Shown here piece by piece: positions 30,237-39,638 of a stretch of DNA of 64,000 nt. Source of the stretch: an uncultured Planctomycetia bacterium. Its GTDB lineage: Bacteria; Omnitrophota; Gorgyraeia; Tantalellales; Tantalellaceae. The position numbers were made by a program, and so were the translations under genes. Numbering within the stretch: position 1 is the first letter of the stretch; every line of letters begins with the position of its first letter. The notes under the pieces were generated by a model. It made no database searches. It was not told the DNA's origin and worked only from the letters and a program-made list of their open reading frames with translations. The DNA lies in the NCBI GenBank assembly GCA_964572255.1, contig CAZNEE010000001.1, positions 459,587 to 523,586 of the forward strand. The letters run 5' to 3'.

Positions 30237-30862
30237 CGGATAAAAAGGATTTTTATCTCAAAGAACCTATCAATAGATATTTAAAAGACCTTTCGGCCCG
30301 GACCATAGTTCCGGGGGGCGGAAGCGCTTCGGCTGTCTGCGCCGCTATCGGTACCGCATTGAATCTCATGGTCATAAACTATACTTTCAAGGAAGGAGAA
30401 AGCCTTGCTGACAGCGACATGATGATCGTCGCCAAAGCCCAGCAGGAGGAGACCCTTGAAAGGTTATCAAAGCTCATAGATGAGGACTGCAGGGTCTTTA
30501 GCGAACTCATGGAGGCGATACAGAAAAAAGAGGACGCCCAGAAAAAATACATTGCCGCCAGCAAAATTCCCATGAAGATCTGCCACGAATGTCATGCTTC
30601 CATGGGCATCGCGGCTTTTATTTCCAAATCGGGCAATAGAAATCTTATTTCCGATGTGGGGTGCGCCGGACATACCCTGAGAGCGGCTTTTGATTCGGCA
30701 AGGCTCAACGTAGAGATAAATCTTGCGCGGATCGAGGACAGATCGTTCGTTGACCAGATGCAGGCGGATCTTGCGGATCTAGTTGAAGGTTTTAAAAGCG
30801 CCGAGCAGGAGATCGAGATAAACGTGGAGAATGTAATACAGGAAGGTAAAAAAAGTGCCTGA
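30233..30862 (+). CDS. fchA: Methenyltetrahydrofolate cyclohydrolase (formiminotransferase-cyclodeaminase-like).
   Basis: A ~209-aa cyclodeaminase-domain protein (VPGGGSASAVCAAIGTALNLMVINYT) lies between fhs and folD. Confidence 0.65.
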   Translation: MTDKKDFYLKEPINRYLKDLSARTIVPGGGSASAVCAAIGTALNLMVINYTFKEGESLADSDMMIVAKAQQEETLERLSKLIDEDCRVFSELMEAIQKKEDAQKKYIAASKIPMKICHECHASMGIAAFISKSGNRNLISDVGCAGHTLRAAFDSARLNVEINLARIEDRSFVDQMQADLADLVEGFKSAEQEIEINVENVIQEGKKSA

Positions 30863-31718
30863 ACTTATTAACGGTAAAGATATAGCCAAGAGGATAATGC
30901 TTTCTGTGGCAAGTGAGCTGGGAGAACTTAAAGCTTCTTTGGGGCATATCCCCAAGCTTGTTTCCATATCTGTAGGAAAACATCATGATGCTGAAATATA
31001 CATAAATATGCAGCAGAAAGCGGCGGATGAGATCGGTATTGAGTTCGAAAGGCTAAAGCTTAATAAGAACATATCCCAAAATGAGCTGATAGCAAAAATA
31101 GAAGAGCTGAATAAAGATAAAACGGCTACCGCCGTTATCGTCCAGCAGCCGCTTCCTGAAGGCATCGACCATTACAGGGTTACCTCACATATCACGCCGA
31201 GAAAAGACGCTGAAGGCATACATCCTTATAATTTAGGCAAGATATTCCGTCGGGATGCGGATATTGTCCCGTGTACTCCCGGGGCCGTGATGAAGATTGT
31301 GGATGTTCTGGGGACCGGCCTTTACGGAAAAGAAGTCGTGATAGTAGGGCACTCGGATATCGTCGGCAAACCGCTTTCGCTCATGATGCTTAATGAAACA
31401 GCTACAACTACGGTATGCCATATAGGAACCAGCGAGAAAGGCGACATCAAGGCGCATACCAGAAGAGCCGATATACTTGTAGTTGCTGTGGGCAAGGCAG
31501 AAATGGTCAAGGCCGATTGGGTCAAGCATGGCGCCGTCGTGGTCGATGTCGGCATAAACAAGGCGGGCGGAAAGATCGTGGGCGACGTGGATTTTAATGA
31601 GGTTTCGAAAAAAGCGGGAGCCATAACGCCTGTACCTGGCGGGGTAGGGCCTATCACCGTATCCATACTCATGCGGAACATAATGAGGGCCTACAAAACC
31701 CAGGTCAGTAAACCATAA
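30855..31718 (+). CDS. folD: Bifunctional methylene-THF dehydrogenase / methenyl-THF cyclohydrolase.
   Basis: The motifs PCTPGAVMK, VVIVGHSDIVGKPL and PVPGGVGPITVSIL are present. Confidence 0.9.
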   Translation: MPELINGKDIAKRIMLSVASELGELKASLGHIPKLVSISVGKHHDAEIYINMQQKAADEIGIEFERLKLNKNISQNELIAKIEELNKDKTATAVIVQQPLPEGIDHYRVTSHITPRKDAEGIHPYNLGKIFRRDADIVPCTPGAVMKIVDVLGTGLYGKEVVIVGHSDIVGKPLSLMMLNETATTTVCHIGTSEKGDIKAHTRRADILVVAVGKAEMVKADWVKHGAVVVDVGINKAGGKIVGDVDFNEVSKKAGAITPVPGGVGPITVSILMRNIMRAYKTQVSKP

Positions 31719-31730
31719 GGTGCGGATAGA

Positions 31731-32471
31731 ATGGGAAGAGTATCGCTTGAATTAGTTCCGAGAAGTGTGGAATCGTTTGATGAAGAGTTGAAAGTCACGA
31801 CAAGACTCTTTCCCTGCATTGATACGCTGAATATCCCCGATATCCTTAAATTTGATGTGCGTATACCCGAGGCCTGTGAAGTAGCGGTCAATTATTACGA
31901 TAATGTTATCCCGCATATTCGCGCCGTTTCGATCAACAAGGAAGAGCCTTTTCCGTATATAGGATTTTTCCAAAAGAACAAGATCAAGGAGATCCTGGTT
32001 GTCCTCGGAGATAATCCCGAGATAGTTTCAAAAAGTGAAAACCCGTGCACGTCTATCGAATTAATACAGAAATTAAAAAAGGAAATGCCCGGTCTGAAGG
32101 TTTATGCCGCGCTGGATCAGTGGAGGACCACTTTTGAGGAAGAAATGGAATATGTTAACCAGAAGAAAGACGCCGGTGCGGACGGGTTTTTCACTCAGCC
32201 TTTCTTCTCTTTTGACTTAATGGAAAAATATGCCAAAGAACTTAAAAATGAAGAGGTTTTCTGGGGATTGGCTCCTGTTATCAGGGAATCGTCCAAACAT
32301 TATTGGGAGACGAAAAACAACGTGATATTCCCGAAGGATTTTAAGTGCACGATGGATTGGAATAAAGAGTTCGCCAGAGGAGCTCTTAAGTGGGCAAGCG
32401 CAGATAACCACCATCTTTATTTCTGTCCCATAACCGTGGATTTCGTGGAATACTTAGAAGGAATATTCTAA
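31731..32471 (+). CDS. metF: Methylenetetrahydrofolate reductase-like protein (short, 246 aa).
   Basis: The N-terminus SLELVPRSVESFDEEL fits the MetF S[FL]E[FL]xPP[RK] pattern. The gene immediately follows fhs-fchA-folD. Confidence 0.5.
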   Translation: MGRVSLELVPRSVESFDEELKVTTRLFPCIDTLNIPDILKFDVRIPEACEVAVNYYDNVIPHIRAVSINKEEPFPYIGFFQKNKIKEILVVLGDNPEIVSKSENPCTSIELIQKLKKEMPGLKVYAALDQWRTTFEEEMEYVNQKKDAGADGFFTQPFFSFDLMEKYAKELKNEEVFWGLAPVIRESSKHYWETKNNVIFPKDFKCTMDWNKEFARGALKWASADNHHLYFCPITVDFVEYLEGIF

Positions 32472-32475
32472 TTTT

Positions 32476-33291
32476 ATGGAAAAAAATAAGTTTACCGTTC
32501 TTGATTTCGGAAAGAAGAAAACGAGCGGACAGAAAATAACAATGCTGACCGCGTACGATTATCCCATGGCTCAGCTTGTGGATAAAGCCGGTATTGATGC
32601 AATACTGGTCGGCGATTCATTGGCCATGGTCGTGCTCGGTTATGATTCAACGACGCAGGTAACAATGGATGAGATGATACACCACTCAAAAGCTGTTTGC
32701 CGGGGATGTAAACACGCGTTTGTCATAGGCGACATGCCTTTCATGTCGTATCAGGTAAGCGATGAAGAGGCCATACGCAATGCCGGCAGGTTCATAAAAG
32801 AAGCCGGATGTGATGCGGTCAAGATCGAAGGCGGAGCCGAAGCGTGCGGACGTGTAGAGGCGATAATCGCTGCCGGCATACCGGTTTTGGGGCATATCGG
32901 GCTTACTCCCCAGAGCGTAAGCAAGCTCGGAGGATATAAAGTGCAGGGGAAGGACGCGAAATCCGCAGGGAAACTCTTAAAAGACGCGAAAGCGCTTGAA
33001 GAGTCAGGCTGTTTTGCCGTCGTCCTTGAATGCATACCGAAAAGCCTTGCCGAGGAGATCACGGGCAAGCTGAAGATCCCGACCATCGGTATAGGCGCAG
33101 GCGCGGGTTGTGACGGACAAGTGCTTGTTACCCATGATGTTGTCGGATATTTTGACAGATTCACGCCTAAATTCGTCAAACAATATGCGGATATTAAAGA
33201 GGAAATACTGAGAGCCGTAAAAACTTTTAAAGATGAAACCGAATCGGGGACTTTTCCCGATAAAGAACATTCCTATGAGATCATACCTTGA
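32476..33291 (+). CDS. panB: 3-methyl-2-oxobutanoate hydroxymethyltransferase.
   Basis: The motifs ITMLTAYDYPMAQL and GHIGLTPQSV are present. Confidence 0.85.
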   Translation: MEKNKFTVLDFGKKKTSGQKITMLTAYDYPMAQLVDKAGIDAILVGDSLAMVVLGYDSTTQVTMDEMIHHSKAVCRGCKHAFVIGDMPFMSYQVSDEEAIRNAGRFIKEAGCDAVKIEGGAEACGRVEAIIAAGIPVLGHIGLTPQSVSKLGGYKVQGKDAKSAGKLLKDAKALEESGCFAVVLECIPKSLAEEITGKLKIPTIGIGAGAGCDGQVLVTHDVVGYFDRFTPKFVKQYADIKEEILRAVKTFKDETESGTFPDKEHSYEIIP

Positions 33292-34414
33292 TATTTGGAA
33301 AAAGGTATTTGGCCCAAAACCCGCCAGACGCATTTTTATTGCCGCGACCCGTCAGAATGTCGGTAAGACCACTGTGTCTTTAGGGCTCATTGCTTCGATG
33401 AAAAAACGGTTCAATGAGATCGGTTTCATTAAACCCGTGGGGCAGAGGTACCTGATCGAAGACGGCCATAAAGTGGATGAAGACGCGGTTCTCATGGACC
33501 GCATCTTCGGGTTTAACCAGCCATTGGAAGACATGTCGCCGGTAGCGGTCGAAAGGGGTTATACGGAAAAGTTTCTGGACGGGAGTCCCATACACGACGC
33601 TTCAAGCCAGATCAGGGATGCTTTCAGCCGCATAATAGAATCTAAAGATATTGTCATTATCGAAGGTACGGGGCACGCGGGCGTGGGATCGGTTTTTGAC
33701 CTTTCCAACGCGACCGTTGCCAAGCTTTTATCCTCAAAAGTCATTCTTGTTTCATCCGGCGGGATAGGTAATCCTATAGATGAAATAATGCTCAACAAAT
33801 CTCTTTTTGATAACAGCGGGGTGGAATTGGCGGGAGTTATTGTAAACAAGGTCCGCATGAAAAAATACGACAAGATAAACAAATATATACGAAAAGGACT
33901 GGCCCGGAAAGGTGTGCCGGTTCTGGGCGTCGTGCCTTATGTCGAGCTTTTGGATATGCCGACCATGTGGGATATAAAGGATGAATTGGGCATGCATATT
34001 TTGTGCGGTGAAGATTATTTGGGTATGCATATAAAGAAGGTGCTCGTCGGCGCCATGGAAGTTAAAGATGCCCTGCCGTATTTTGAGGATGATTGCGTTG
34101 TTATCACGCCCGGGGACCGTTTAGACCTTATAAATCTTGCCGTGAATATTCATAAAGGAAAAGGCGGGTATAAGAAACGTATCGCGGGAGTGATCCTTTC
34201 AGGCGGCCAGGCGCCTTCGCCGAGGGTATACAGGGCTCTTAAAAACAGCAACATACCGACACTGGTCACATATCACGACACGTACAGGGTAACCTCACAG
34301 GTTCACGACCTGACCGTAAAAATAAAATCACGCGATAAAGCTAAAGTAGACATTGCGATGGACCTGATCGAAAGATATGTCGATATGGATGCCGTGATGA
34401 GAATCCTGGGCTGA
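33233..34414 (+). CDS. P-loop (CobQ/BioD-like) plus DRTGG domain protein. It resembles the N-terminal half of phosphotransacetylase but lacks the PTA_PTB catalytic domain. The alternative start is ATG at 33275.
   Basis: The P-loop is AATRQNVGKTTVSLGLIASM. The stretch IIEGTGHAGVGSV and the downstream pattern match the Pta N-terminal / DRTGG architecture. Confidence 0.5.
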   Translation: MKPNRGLFPIKNIPMRSYLDIWKKVFGPKPARRIFIAATRQNVGKTTVSLGLIASMKKRFNEIGFIKPVGQRYLIEDGHKVDEDAVLMDRIFGFNQPLEDMSPVAVERGYTEKFLDGSPIHDASSQIRDAFSRIIESKDIVIIEGTGHAGVGSVFDLSNATVAKLLSSKVILVSSGGIGNPIDEIMLNKSLFDNSGVELAGVIVNKVRMKKYDKINKYIRKGLARKGVPVLGVVPYVELLDMPTMWDIKDELGMHILCGEDYLGMHIKKVLVGAMEVKDALPYFEDDCVVITPGDRLDLINLAVNIHKGKGGYKKRIAGVILSGGQAPSPRVYRALKNSNIPTLVTYHDTYRVTSQVHDLTVKIKSRDKAKVDIAMDLIERYVDMDAVMRILG

Positions 34415-34419
34415 CGTTT

Positions 34420-35427
34420 ATGAGAAAGATCCTTCCCCTGATAATATCACTTTTAATTTTAACGGGATGCGCTCGGGAGAAAATGAGCAGCGTCTATACT
34501 CAGACAAAACCTGTCATGAACACATTCGTGCAGGTAAAGGTCGTTCTTTCTCGAGGACAGTCTAAATTAAAGACGAAACTCATAACAAATAAAGCATTCC
34601 TTCTGGCTGAAGATCTTGATAAAAGGATCAGCGTATTTAATCCCAAGAGCGAAGTCAATGCGTTAAATATCTCTAAAAAAAGAAAAGTATCGAATGAACT
34701 TTTCAGTTTATTGCGTGAAGCTAACCGCATCAGTGACATGACCGGAGGGAAGTTTGATATAACCGTAGCCCCTATTCTAAAAAGAGAAGGTTTTTATAAG
34801 GACATGCCTAAAGAAATACTGGGAAGAATACCCTCAGGTAGTAGTGGTGTTGGCTGGGAGAATGTGGTCTTATCGGATGACGGGAAAACAGTATCCCTGA
34901 AGAAGGGTGCGTGGATAGATCTCTCGGGCATAGCCAAGGGATATATTGTTGATGAGTTGGCGGGTTTTCTTGAAAAAGAGGGAATAGAAAAATTCCTCAT
35001 AAATGCCGGGGGAGATATATATTGCTCCGAAAAAGCGAGCGGCGAGGCATGGAATGTGGGCATCAGGCAGCCCGGGGCGCAATTTGTTCTTGCCGAAATG
35101 CCGATCAAAAATGCGGCCATTGCGACCAGCGGCGATTATGAAAATACCGTTCTGGATATTTCGACGGGCGAAGCGGTCTCCCACATAGTGGATCCCGCAA
35201 GGAAAGAGGCCATAAAAGAAAAGTCTTCAAGTGTAACTGTTATAGCCTCTACCTGCGCTGAAGCGGATGCGCTCGCCACGGCTTTCATGGTAACGCAAAC
35301 TGAAGAAGTGAGGGAAATAGCTGAAAAACTCGGTAATGTAACGGTGATAACTGCCTATAAGACCCAGGAAGGGGAGATTGTCACGGACTCTTTCGGGCCC
35401 ATGTCGGGACATTTTAAGGGGAAATAA
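34420..35427 (+). CDS. apbE: FAD:protein FMN transferase (ApbE family lipoprotein).
   Basis: The lipobox is LILTGCA. The motifs GGKFDITVAP, GIAKGYIVD and ATSGDYEN are present. Confidence 0.8.
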   Translation: MRKILPLIISLLILTGCAREKMSSVYTQTKPVMNTFVQVKVVLSRGQSKLKTKLITNKAFLLAEDLDKRISVFNPKSEVNALNISKKRKVSNELFSLLREANRISDMTGGKFDITVAPILKREGFYKDMPKEILGRIPSGSSGVGWENVVLSDDGKTVSLKKGAWIDLSGIAKGYIVDELAGFLEKEGIEKFLINAGGDIYCSEKASGEAWNVGIRQPGAQFVLAEMPIKNAAIATSGDYENTVLDISTGEAVSHIVDPARKEAIKEKSSSVTVIASTCAEADALATAFMVTQTEEVREIAEKLGNVTVITAYKTQEGEIVTDSFGPMSGHFKGK

Positions 35428-35430
35428 AAA

Positions 35431-36519
35431 ATGAGAGTTCTTGTTGCCATGTCAGGAGGGGTAGATTCCAGTGTAGCCGCTTATGAGCTTAAGAGGCAGG
35501 GGCACGATGTTATAGGAGTCACAATAAAGACATGGCCTAAAGAAGAATGCGGCCAGACCGGCGAGAAATTATGCTGTTCTCTTGAGGCGGTACAGTTTGC
35601 CAGAAGCGTCGCTGAGGACCTGGGGATACGGTATTATGTTACCGATCTTTCGGAAGAATTCGCTAAAGAGATCAAGACTTATTTCGCGCAAGAATATTCG
35701 CGCGGAAGGACGCCAAACCCCTGCATTTACTGTAACAGCAAGATCAAGTTCGGTTATCTCCTTAATAAAGCCAGAATGCTTGGAGCCGAAAAATTAGCGA
35801 CCGGGCATTATGCACGGATCATCCGGGCGGACGGTAATTATTATCTCGCGGAAGGCGTTGACAAGAAGAAAGACCAGTCCTATTTTCTTTACGATATTCC
35901 CCGGGATGTGCTATCTTCGATCGAGTTTCCGTTAGGGGGATACACGAAGGAAAAGGTAAGAAAAATAGCCCTGGAACAGGGCTTAATGACGGCCCAGAGG
36001 CCTTCGAGCCAGGATATCTGTTTTACCTCTGCCGGCGGGGATTACAGGGAATATTTGCATGAGAGAGGTATCAAAGCTTTTATCCAGGGGGATATTCTGG
36101 ATACAGAAGGCAGTGTAGTCGGTAAACACATGGGGATAGCCAACTATACTGTCGGGCAAAGAAAAGGTTTAGGCCTGTCATTCCCTGAACCTGTTTATGT
36201 GTTAAAGATAGATCCCGAACGCAACATTATCGTCGTCGGAAGTAAAGAACAGGCAATGCATAAAAAAATAAGGATAGGCGGTATAAACCGCTTAACATTG
36301 GATAAATTCAGCAAAGAAGAAGAACTTGACGTGAAGATAAGGTATGCTACAGCCAAATCTCCCGCGATAGTCACTTCAAAAGGTAAGGATGAAGCGATAG
36401 TCGAGTTCAAAGACCCTCAATTCGCTCCCACGCCCGGCCAGGCGGCGGTTTTTTACCGCGAAGAGATCGTGGTAGGCGGAGGATGGATAGAGGAAGTGAT
36501 GGAGATCGGTTCTAAATAG
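35431..36519 (+). CDS. mnmA: tRNA-specific 2-thiouridylase.
   Basis: The PP-loop is VLVAMSGGVDSSVAAY. The product is 362 aa. Confidence 0.9.
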   Translation: MRVLVAMSGGVDSSVAAYELKRQGHDVIGVTIKTWPKEECGQTGEKLCCSLEAVQFARSVAEDLGIRYYVTDLSEEFAKEIKTYFAQEYSRGRTPNPCIYCNSKIKFGYLLNKARMLGAEKLATGHYARIIRADGNYYLAEGVDKKKDQSYFLYDIPRDVLSSIEFPLGGYTKEKVRKIALEQGLMTAQRPSSQDICFTSAGGDYREYLHERGIKAFIQGDILDTEGSVVGKHMGIANYTVGQRKGLGLSFPEPVYVLKIDPERNIIVVGSKEQAMHKKIRIGGINRLTLDKFSKEEELDVKIRYATAKSPAIVTSKGKDEAIVEFKDPQFAPTPGQAAVFYREEIVVGGGWIEEVMEIGSK

Positions 36520-36545
36520 TCTGGTTTTAAAAGAGGAGTTTTATC

Positions 36546-36848
36546 ATGGCTGAGAGAAGAAGAGTAATAGGGAGTATACTAAAAGCGATAGGAACGCTTT
36601 TGATCCTTCCTGGAGTATTGCTTTTAGCTTACCAGGTGGTTATCTGGCTGAGGGACGGGGTATGGATCGCTTTTTCCATACAGGAGACCATCAATATAAT
36701 ATTCGGTGAAGTAGCCTGGCTCAATGATACGCGGAGCATGGGCAAAATACACGCGTACATAGTCTGGTTCTTATCAATTTTCCCTATTTCATTCCTGCTG
36801 ATAATGATAGGGGTCTGGTTAAGCGGGCGCGGAAACAGGATGAGATAA
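36546..36848 (+). CDS. Small membrane protein (hypothetical) with three predicted TM helices.
   Basis: The hydrophobic segments are ILKAIGTLLILPGVLLLAY and IVWFLSIFPISFLLIMIGVWL. Confidence 0.35.
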   Translation: MAERRRVIGSILKAIGTLLILPGVLLLAYQVVIWLRDGVWIAFSIQETINIIFGEVAWLNDTRSMGKIHAYIVWFLSIFPISFLLIMIGVWLSGRGNRMR

Positions 36849-36982
36849 GCGTCAAATAATCCTTCTAAAATTCCATTCAAATTATAATAAAAAATATGTA
36901 CACAACTATTGTTAAGAGAACAAAAATTGACATCAATCAGTTTTTCTGATACAATATTTAAGTTGGTTTAGTTTTTCGGACA

Positions 36983-37174
36983 ATGAAAGGAGCATTCGTG
37001 AAATTTTTATGTCCCGTTTGTGGAAAATTATTTCGCAGAGACCTAATGCTTATAATACGTCATACAGAAAAGCATATCATAGACGCGATAAAGAAAAGCC
37101 ACCCCGAATGGAAGGACACCGAAGAACTTGATCGGAAGTGTTATGAATATTATAGAAGTCAACTCCACTTTTAA
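36983..37174 (+). CDS. Small CxxC protein (hypothetical, 63 aa).
   Basis: A CPVCG motif sits near the N-terminus. The gene is flanked by long AT-rich intergenic regions. Confidence 0.3.
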   Translation: MKGAFVKFLCPVCGKLFRRDLMLIIRHTEKHIIDAIKKSHPEWKDTEELDRKCYEYYRSQLHF

Positions 37175-37301
37175 CCCCCGCAAGTAAGATCATACATTTT
37201 TATTTTTATCATTTCCTGTTTTCCGCAATCTACGTTATAATCATATAGTCATTTTCTGAAATATCAGTGCATATGATCCGAGCTATCAGAGGGAGGGCTA
37301 T

Positions 37302-37904
37302 ATGAGAAAGATCCTGGGAGTGTTGCTTACAGCACTTATTGCGGTTTCTTCGATCGCATTTGCCGATGAATGGAAGGACCTGATAAACGAGGCATATAAG
37401 CAGATGCCTTCAAAATCAAAAAGGAAGACCAGATCGGGCAGGAGGATCCTTCAGGAAAAAGTGAACAGGATACAGGATATCGACAGGCGTATCCCTCAGC
37501 TTATAAGGGGAGGCGACTATTCCCGGGCTGAAGATCTGTTAAAGGAATCTTTGAGCCTTACCATAGAATATTACGGCGGGATGAACCATATCCATGTAGC
37601 CGAAAGGTTCCTCTCACTCGGCATTGTGTACATGGAAGCGGGGAATCCTCAAAAAGCCGAGGAAGCTTTTACCTGGTGCTTAAACATCGGCGAGAAGATC
37701 CTGGGTAAAGGCAGTTACCAACTCTCGAATGTTTACAAATTTTTAGCCATTGCCTATTATGAACAGGACAAATATACGCGGGCAGCCGAGATGGCGGATT
37801 TTCTCCTGTCGATCTATGTGAGCAAGTTCGGGCCTAACAGCGCGCAGGCAGAAGAGGCAAAAGCTCTCTTAAAAACAATTTATCAAGCACAGGGTAAACG
37901 ATGA
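37302..37904 (+). CDS. Secreted TPR-repeat protein.
   Basis: The signal peptide is MRKILGVLLTALIAVSSIAFA. TPR-like repeats include AEDLLKESLSLTIEYYG and KAEEAFTWCLNIGEKILG. Confidence 0.55.
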   Translation: MRKILGVLLTALIAVSSIAFADEWKDLINEAYKQMPSKSKRKTRSGRRILQEKVNRIQDIDRRIPQLIRGGDYSRAEDLLKESLSLTIEYYGGMNHIHVAERFLSLGIVYMEAGNPQKAEEAFTWCLNIGEKILGKGSYQLSNVYKFLAIAYYEQDKYTRAAEMADFLLSIYVSKFGPNSAQAEEAKALLKTIYQAQGKR

Positions 37905-37917
37905 TATTTGTATTATA

Positions 37918-37990
37918 CAGAGTAATATATTTCCTACCAGGGCCCCTCCGCCCAGTGTGGATCCTCCCTGTACGGAAACATATTGCTCTG
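37918..37990. repeat. Intergenic hairpin element carrying the conserved 29-nt core in reverse orientation (copy C; core at 37940-37968).
   Basis: GGGCCCCTCCGCCCAGTGTGGATCCTCCC is the exact reverse complement of the copy A core. The flanking arms CAGAGTAATAT and ATATTGCTCTG are near-complementary. Confidence 0.5.
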
Positions 37991-38055
37991 TTAAAAACAT
38001 CCTTCATTGACAAACCATCGTTGATAAATTATAATTAACATTCACTTTGATTTGC

Positions 38056-38132
38056 GGCGGGGTAGCTCAGCTGGTTAGAGCGCACGGCTCATACCCGTGT
38101 TGTCGACGGTTCGAGTCCGTCCCCCGCTACCA
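38056..38132 (+). tRNA. tRNA with a CAU anticodon. It is elongator Met or the lysidine-modified Ile2 type; the initiator type is unlikely.
   Basis: The cloverleaf is acceptor GGCGGGG/CCCCGCT (G1.U72), D-arm GCTC-AGCTGGTTA-GAGC, anticodon stem CACGG/CCGTG with loop CTCATAC, and T-arm GACGG-TTCGAGT-CCGTC followed by A-CCA. The anticodon stem lacks the three consecutive GC pairs of initiator tRNA. Confidence 0.8.
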
Positions 38133-38150
38133 AACTATGAGGACTCGCGC

Positions 38151-38615
38151 ATGGACTTAAAAGAATTGAACACACAGGCGATAGAACTTCTTGCGCAGCA
38201 CGAAGAAGCCATAAGCGGACTGTACAAGACCTTTTCCAAATTGGACCCCGATCACAAGTCTTTATGGAATGAACTTTCATGGGATGAGATCGCGCATGCC
38301 GGATGGATCCGTAAATTGCATCCCAGGGTCAAGGACGGTACCATCTCTTTTGCGAAGAACAGATTTGGCGAAGATCAGATAAACAAAAGCACCGATTATA
38401 TGAAAGGTCAGCTCGCTCTTGCCGAAGCGGAAGGCATTTCGCCCGGCCAGGCTTTAGCTATCGCCTTCAACATCGAGAATAACATGCTTGAAAATAAATT
38501 TTTCGAGGTATTTAAGGGAGACCATGTAGAACTGGAGCGGACATTGTTATTTTTGTCATCAAGTACGAAGGAACACCGTGATGCGGTGAAAAAAGCGCTT
38601 GATGAAGCGATTTAA
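38151..38615 (+). CDS. Ferritin-like/four-helix-bundle protein (hypothetical). The start was moved to the ATG at 38151, beyond the tRNA.
   Basis: The 154-aa product has ExxH-type motifs (DEIAHAGW, TKEHRDAV). The ORF track start at 38097 lies inside the tRNA gene. Confidence 0.35.
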   Translation: MDLKELNTQAIELLAQHEEAISGLYKTFSKLDPDHKSLWNELSWDEIAHAGWIRKLHPRVKDGTISFAKNRFGEDQINKSTDYMKGQLALAEAEGISPGQALAIAFNIENNMLENKFFEVFKGDHVELERTLLFLSSSTKEHRDAVKKALDEAI

Positions 38616-38633
38616 ATAAAGGGAGGATATATT

Positions 38634-39638
38634 ATGGATGATTTCAGGTCACCCGATGATCTTTTCAAGGAAGAAGTGAAAAAAATGCAAAAATTCGGCA
38701 AGGATTATTCTAAATACTTACCCGTAGCAATACTTGCCCTTATTCTTCTTTTAGGCTTACCGACCCTTATCTATTCGATAGGTCCGGATGAAGTGGGCGT
38801 TGTCCAGAGGTTCGGGAAATACACAGGGCTCACGGAATCGGGCCTGCATGTCAAACTGCCTTTCGGGATAGACAAGGTGACGCCGGTCAAGGTAAAAAAG
38901 ATATTCAAGGAAGAGTTCGGTTTCAGGACCGCGGTCGCCGGGGTAAAAAGCGTTTACGCAAAAAAACAGTATCTCGATGAATCGCTCATGCTTACTGGAG
39001 ACCTCAACATTCTTGATGTGAGGTGGATCATGCAGTACAGGGTGAACGACCCGGTAAAACTTCTCTTTAAGACAAGAAATCCCCGCGACAATGCAAGAGA
39101 CATGTCGGAAGTCGTAATGCGCCGTTTGTGCGGCGATTACACGGTGGACGAGGTTCTTACCACGAAAAGGGAAGAGATAGCCGCTAAAGCCCAGGTTGCG
39201 CTTCAGGAGTTAATGGATAGATACCAAACGGGGATATATATCGTCACGGTGAAACTTTTGGACGTTAACCCTCCTGATGAAGTAAAACCGGCTTTCAACG
39301 AAGTGAACGAAGCCAAACAGGAGAGGGAACAGCTTATAAACCAGGCGTGGGAAGAATACAATAAAGCCATTCCGCGCGCAAAAGGTGAAGCTCAAAGAAC
39401 GATCCGTCAGGCGGAAGGTTATATGCTCGACAGGGTGAACCGCGCAAAAGGCGAAGCCGACAGGTTCACCGCTACATGGCTGGCCTATAAGGACGCGCCT
39501 GATGTTACGAAAAAGAGGTTATATCTTGAAACAATGACAGAGGTCATACCGGTTTCAAAGAATAAATATATAATAGATCCCGAACAGAAATCCATACTTC
39601 CGTTTCTGTCACTTGATAAAAAAGGGGAGGCAAGATAA
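38634..39638 (+). CDS. hflK: Band-7 (SPFH) family protein HflK.
   Basis: An N-terminal TM segment is followed by an SPFH domain (VGVVQRFGKYTGLTESGLHVKLPFGIDKV). Confidence 0.85.
   Translation: MDDFRSPDDLFKEEVKKMQKFGKDYSKYLPVAILALILLLGLPTLIYSIGPDEVGVVQRFGKYTGLTESGLHVKLPFGIDKVTPVKVKKIFKEEFGFRTAVAGVKSVYAKKQYLDESLMLTGDLNILDVRWIMQYRVNDPVKLLFKTRNPRDNARDMSEVVMRRLCGDYTVDEVLTTKREEIAAKAQVALQELMDRYQTGIYIVTVKLLDVNPPDEVKPAFNEVNEAKQEREQLINQAWEEYNKAIPRAKGEAQRTIRQAEGYMLDRVNRAKGEADRFTATWLAYKDAPDVTKKRLYLETMTEVIPVSKNKYIIDPEQKSILPFLSLDKKGEAR

Noticed and set aside
10427-37968. Considered whether the 29-nt repeated cores were CRISPR repeats.
   Set aside because: Only three copies are present, 12-15 kb apart in unrelated intergenic spacers. 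One is inverted. There is no regular repeat-spacer periodicity or adjacent cas gene.
38097-38150. ORF-track start of the 38097-38615 protein, which lies inside tRNA-CAU.
   Set aside because: The true start is more likely the ATG at 38151 after the tRNA 3' end.
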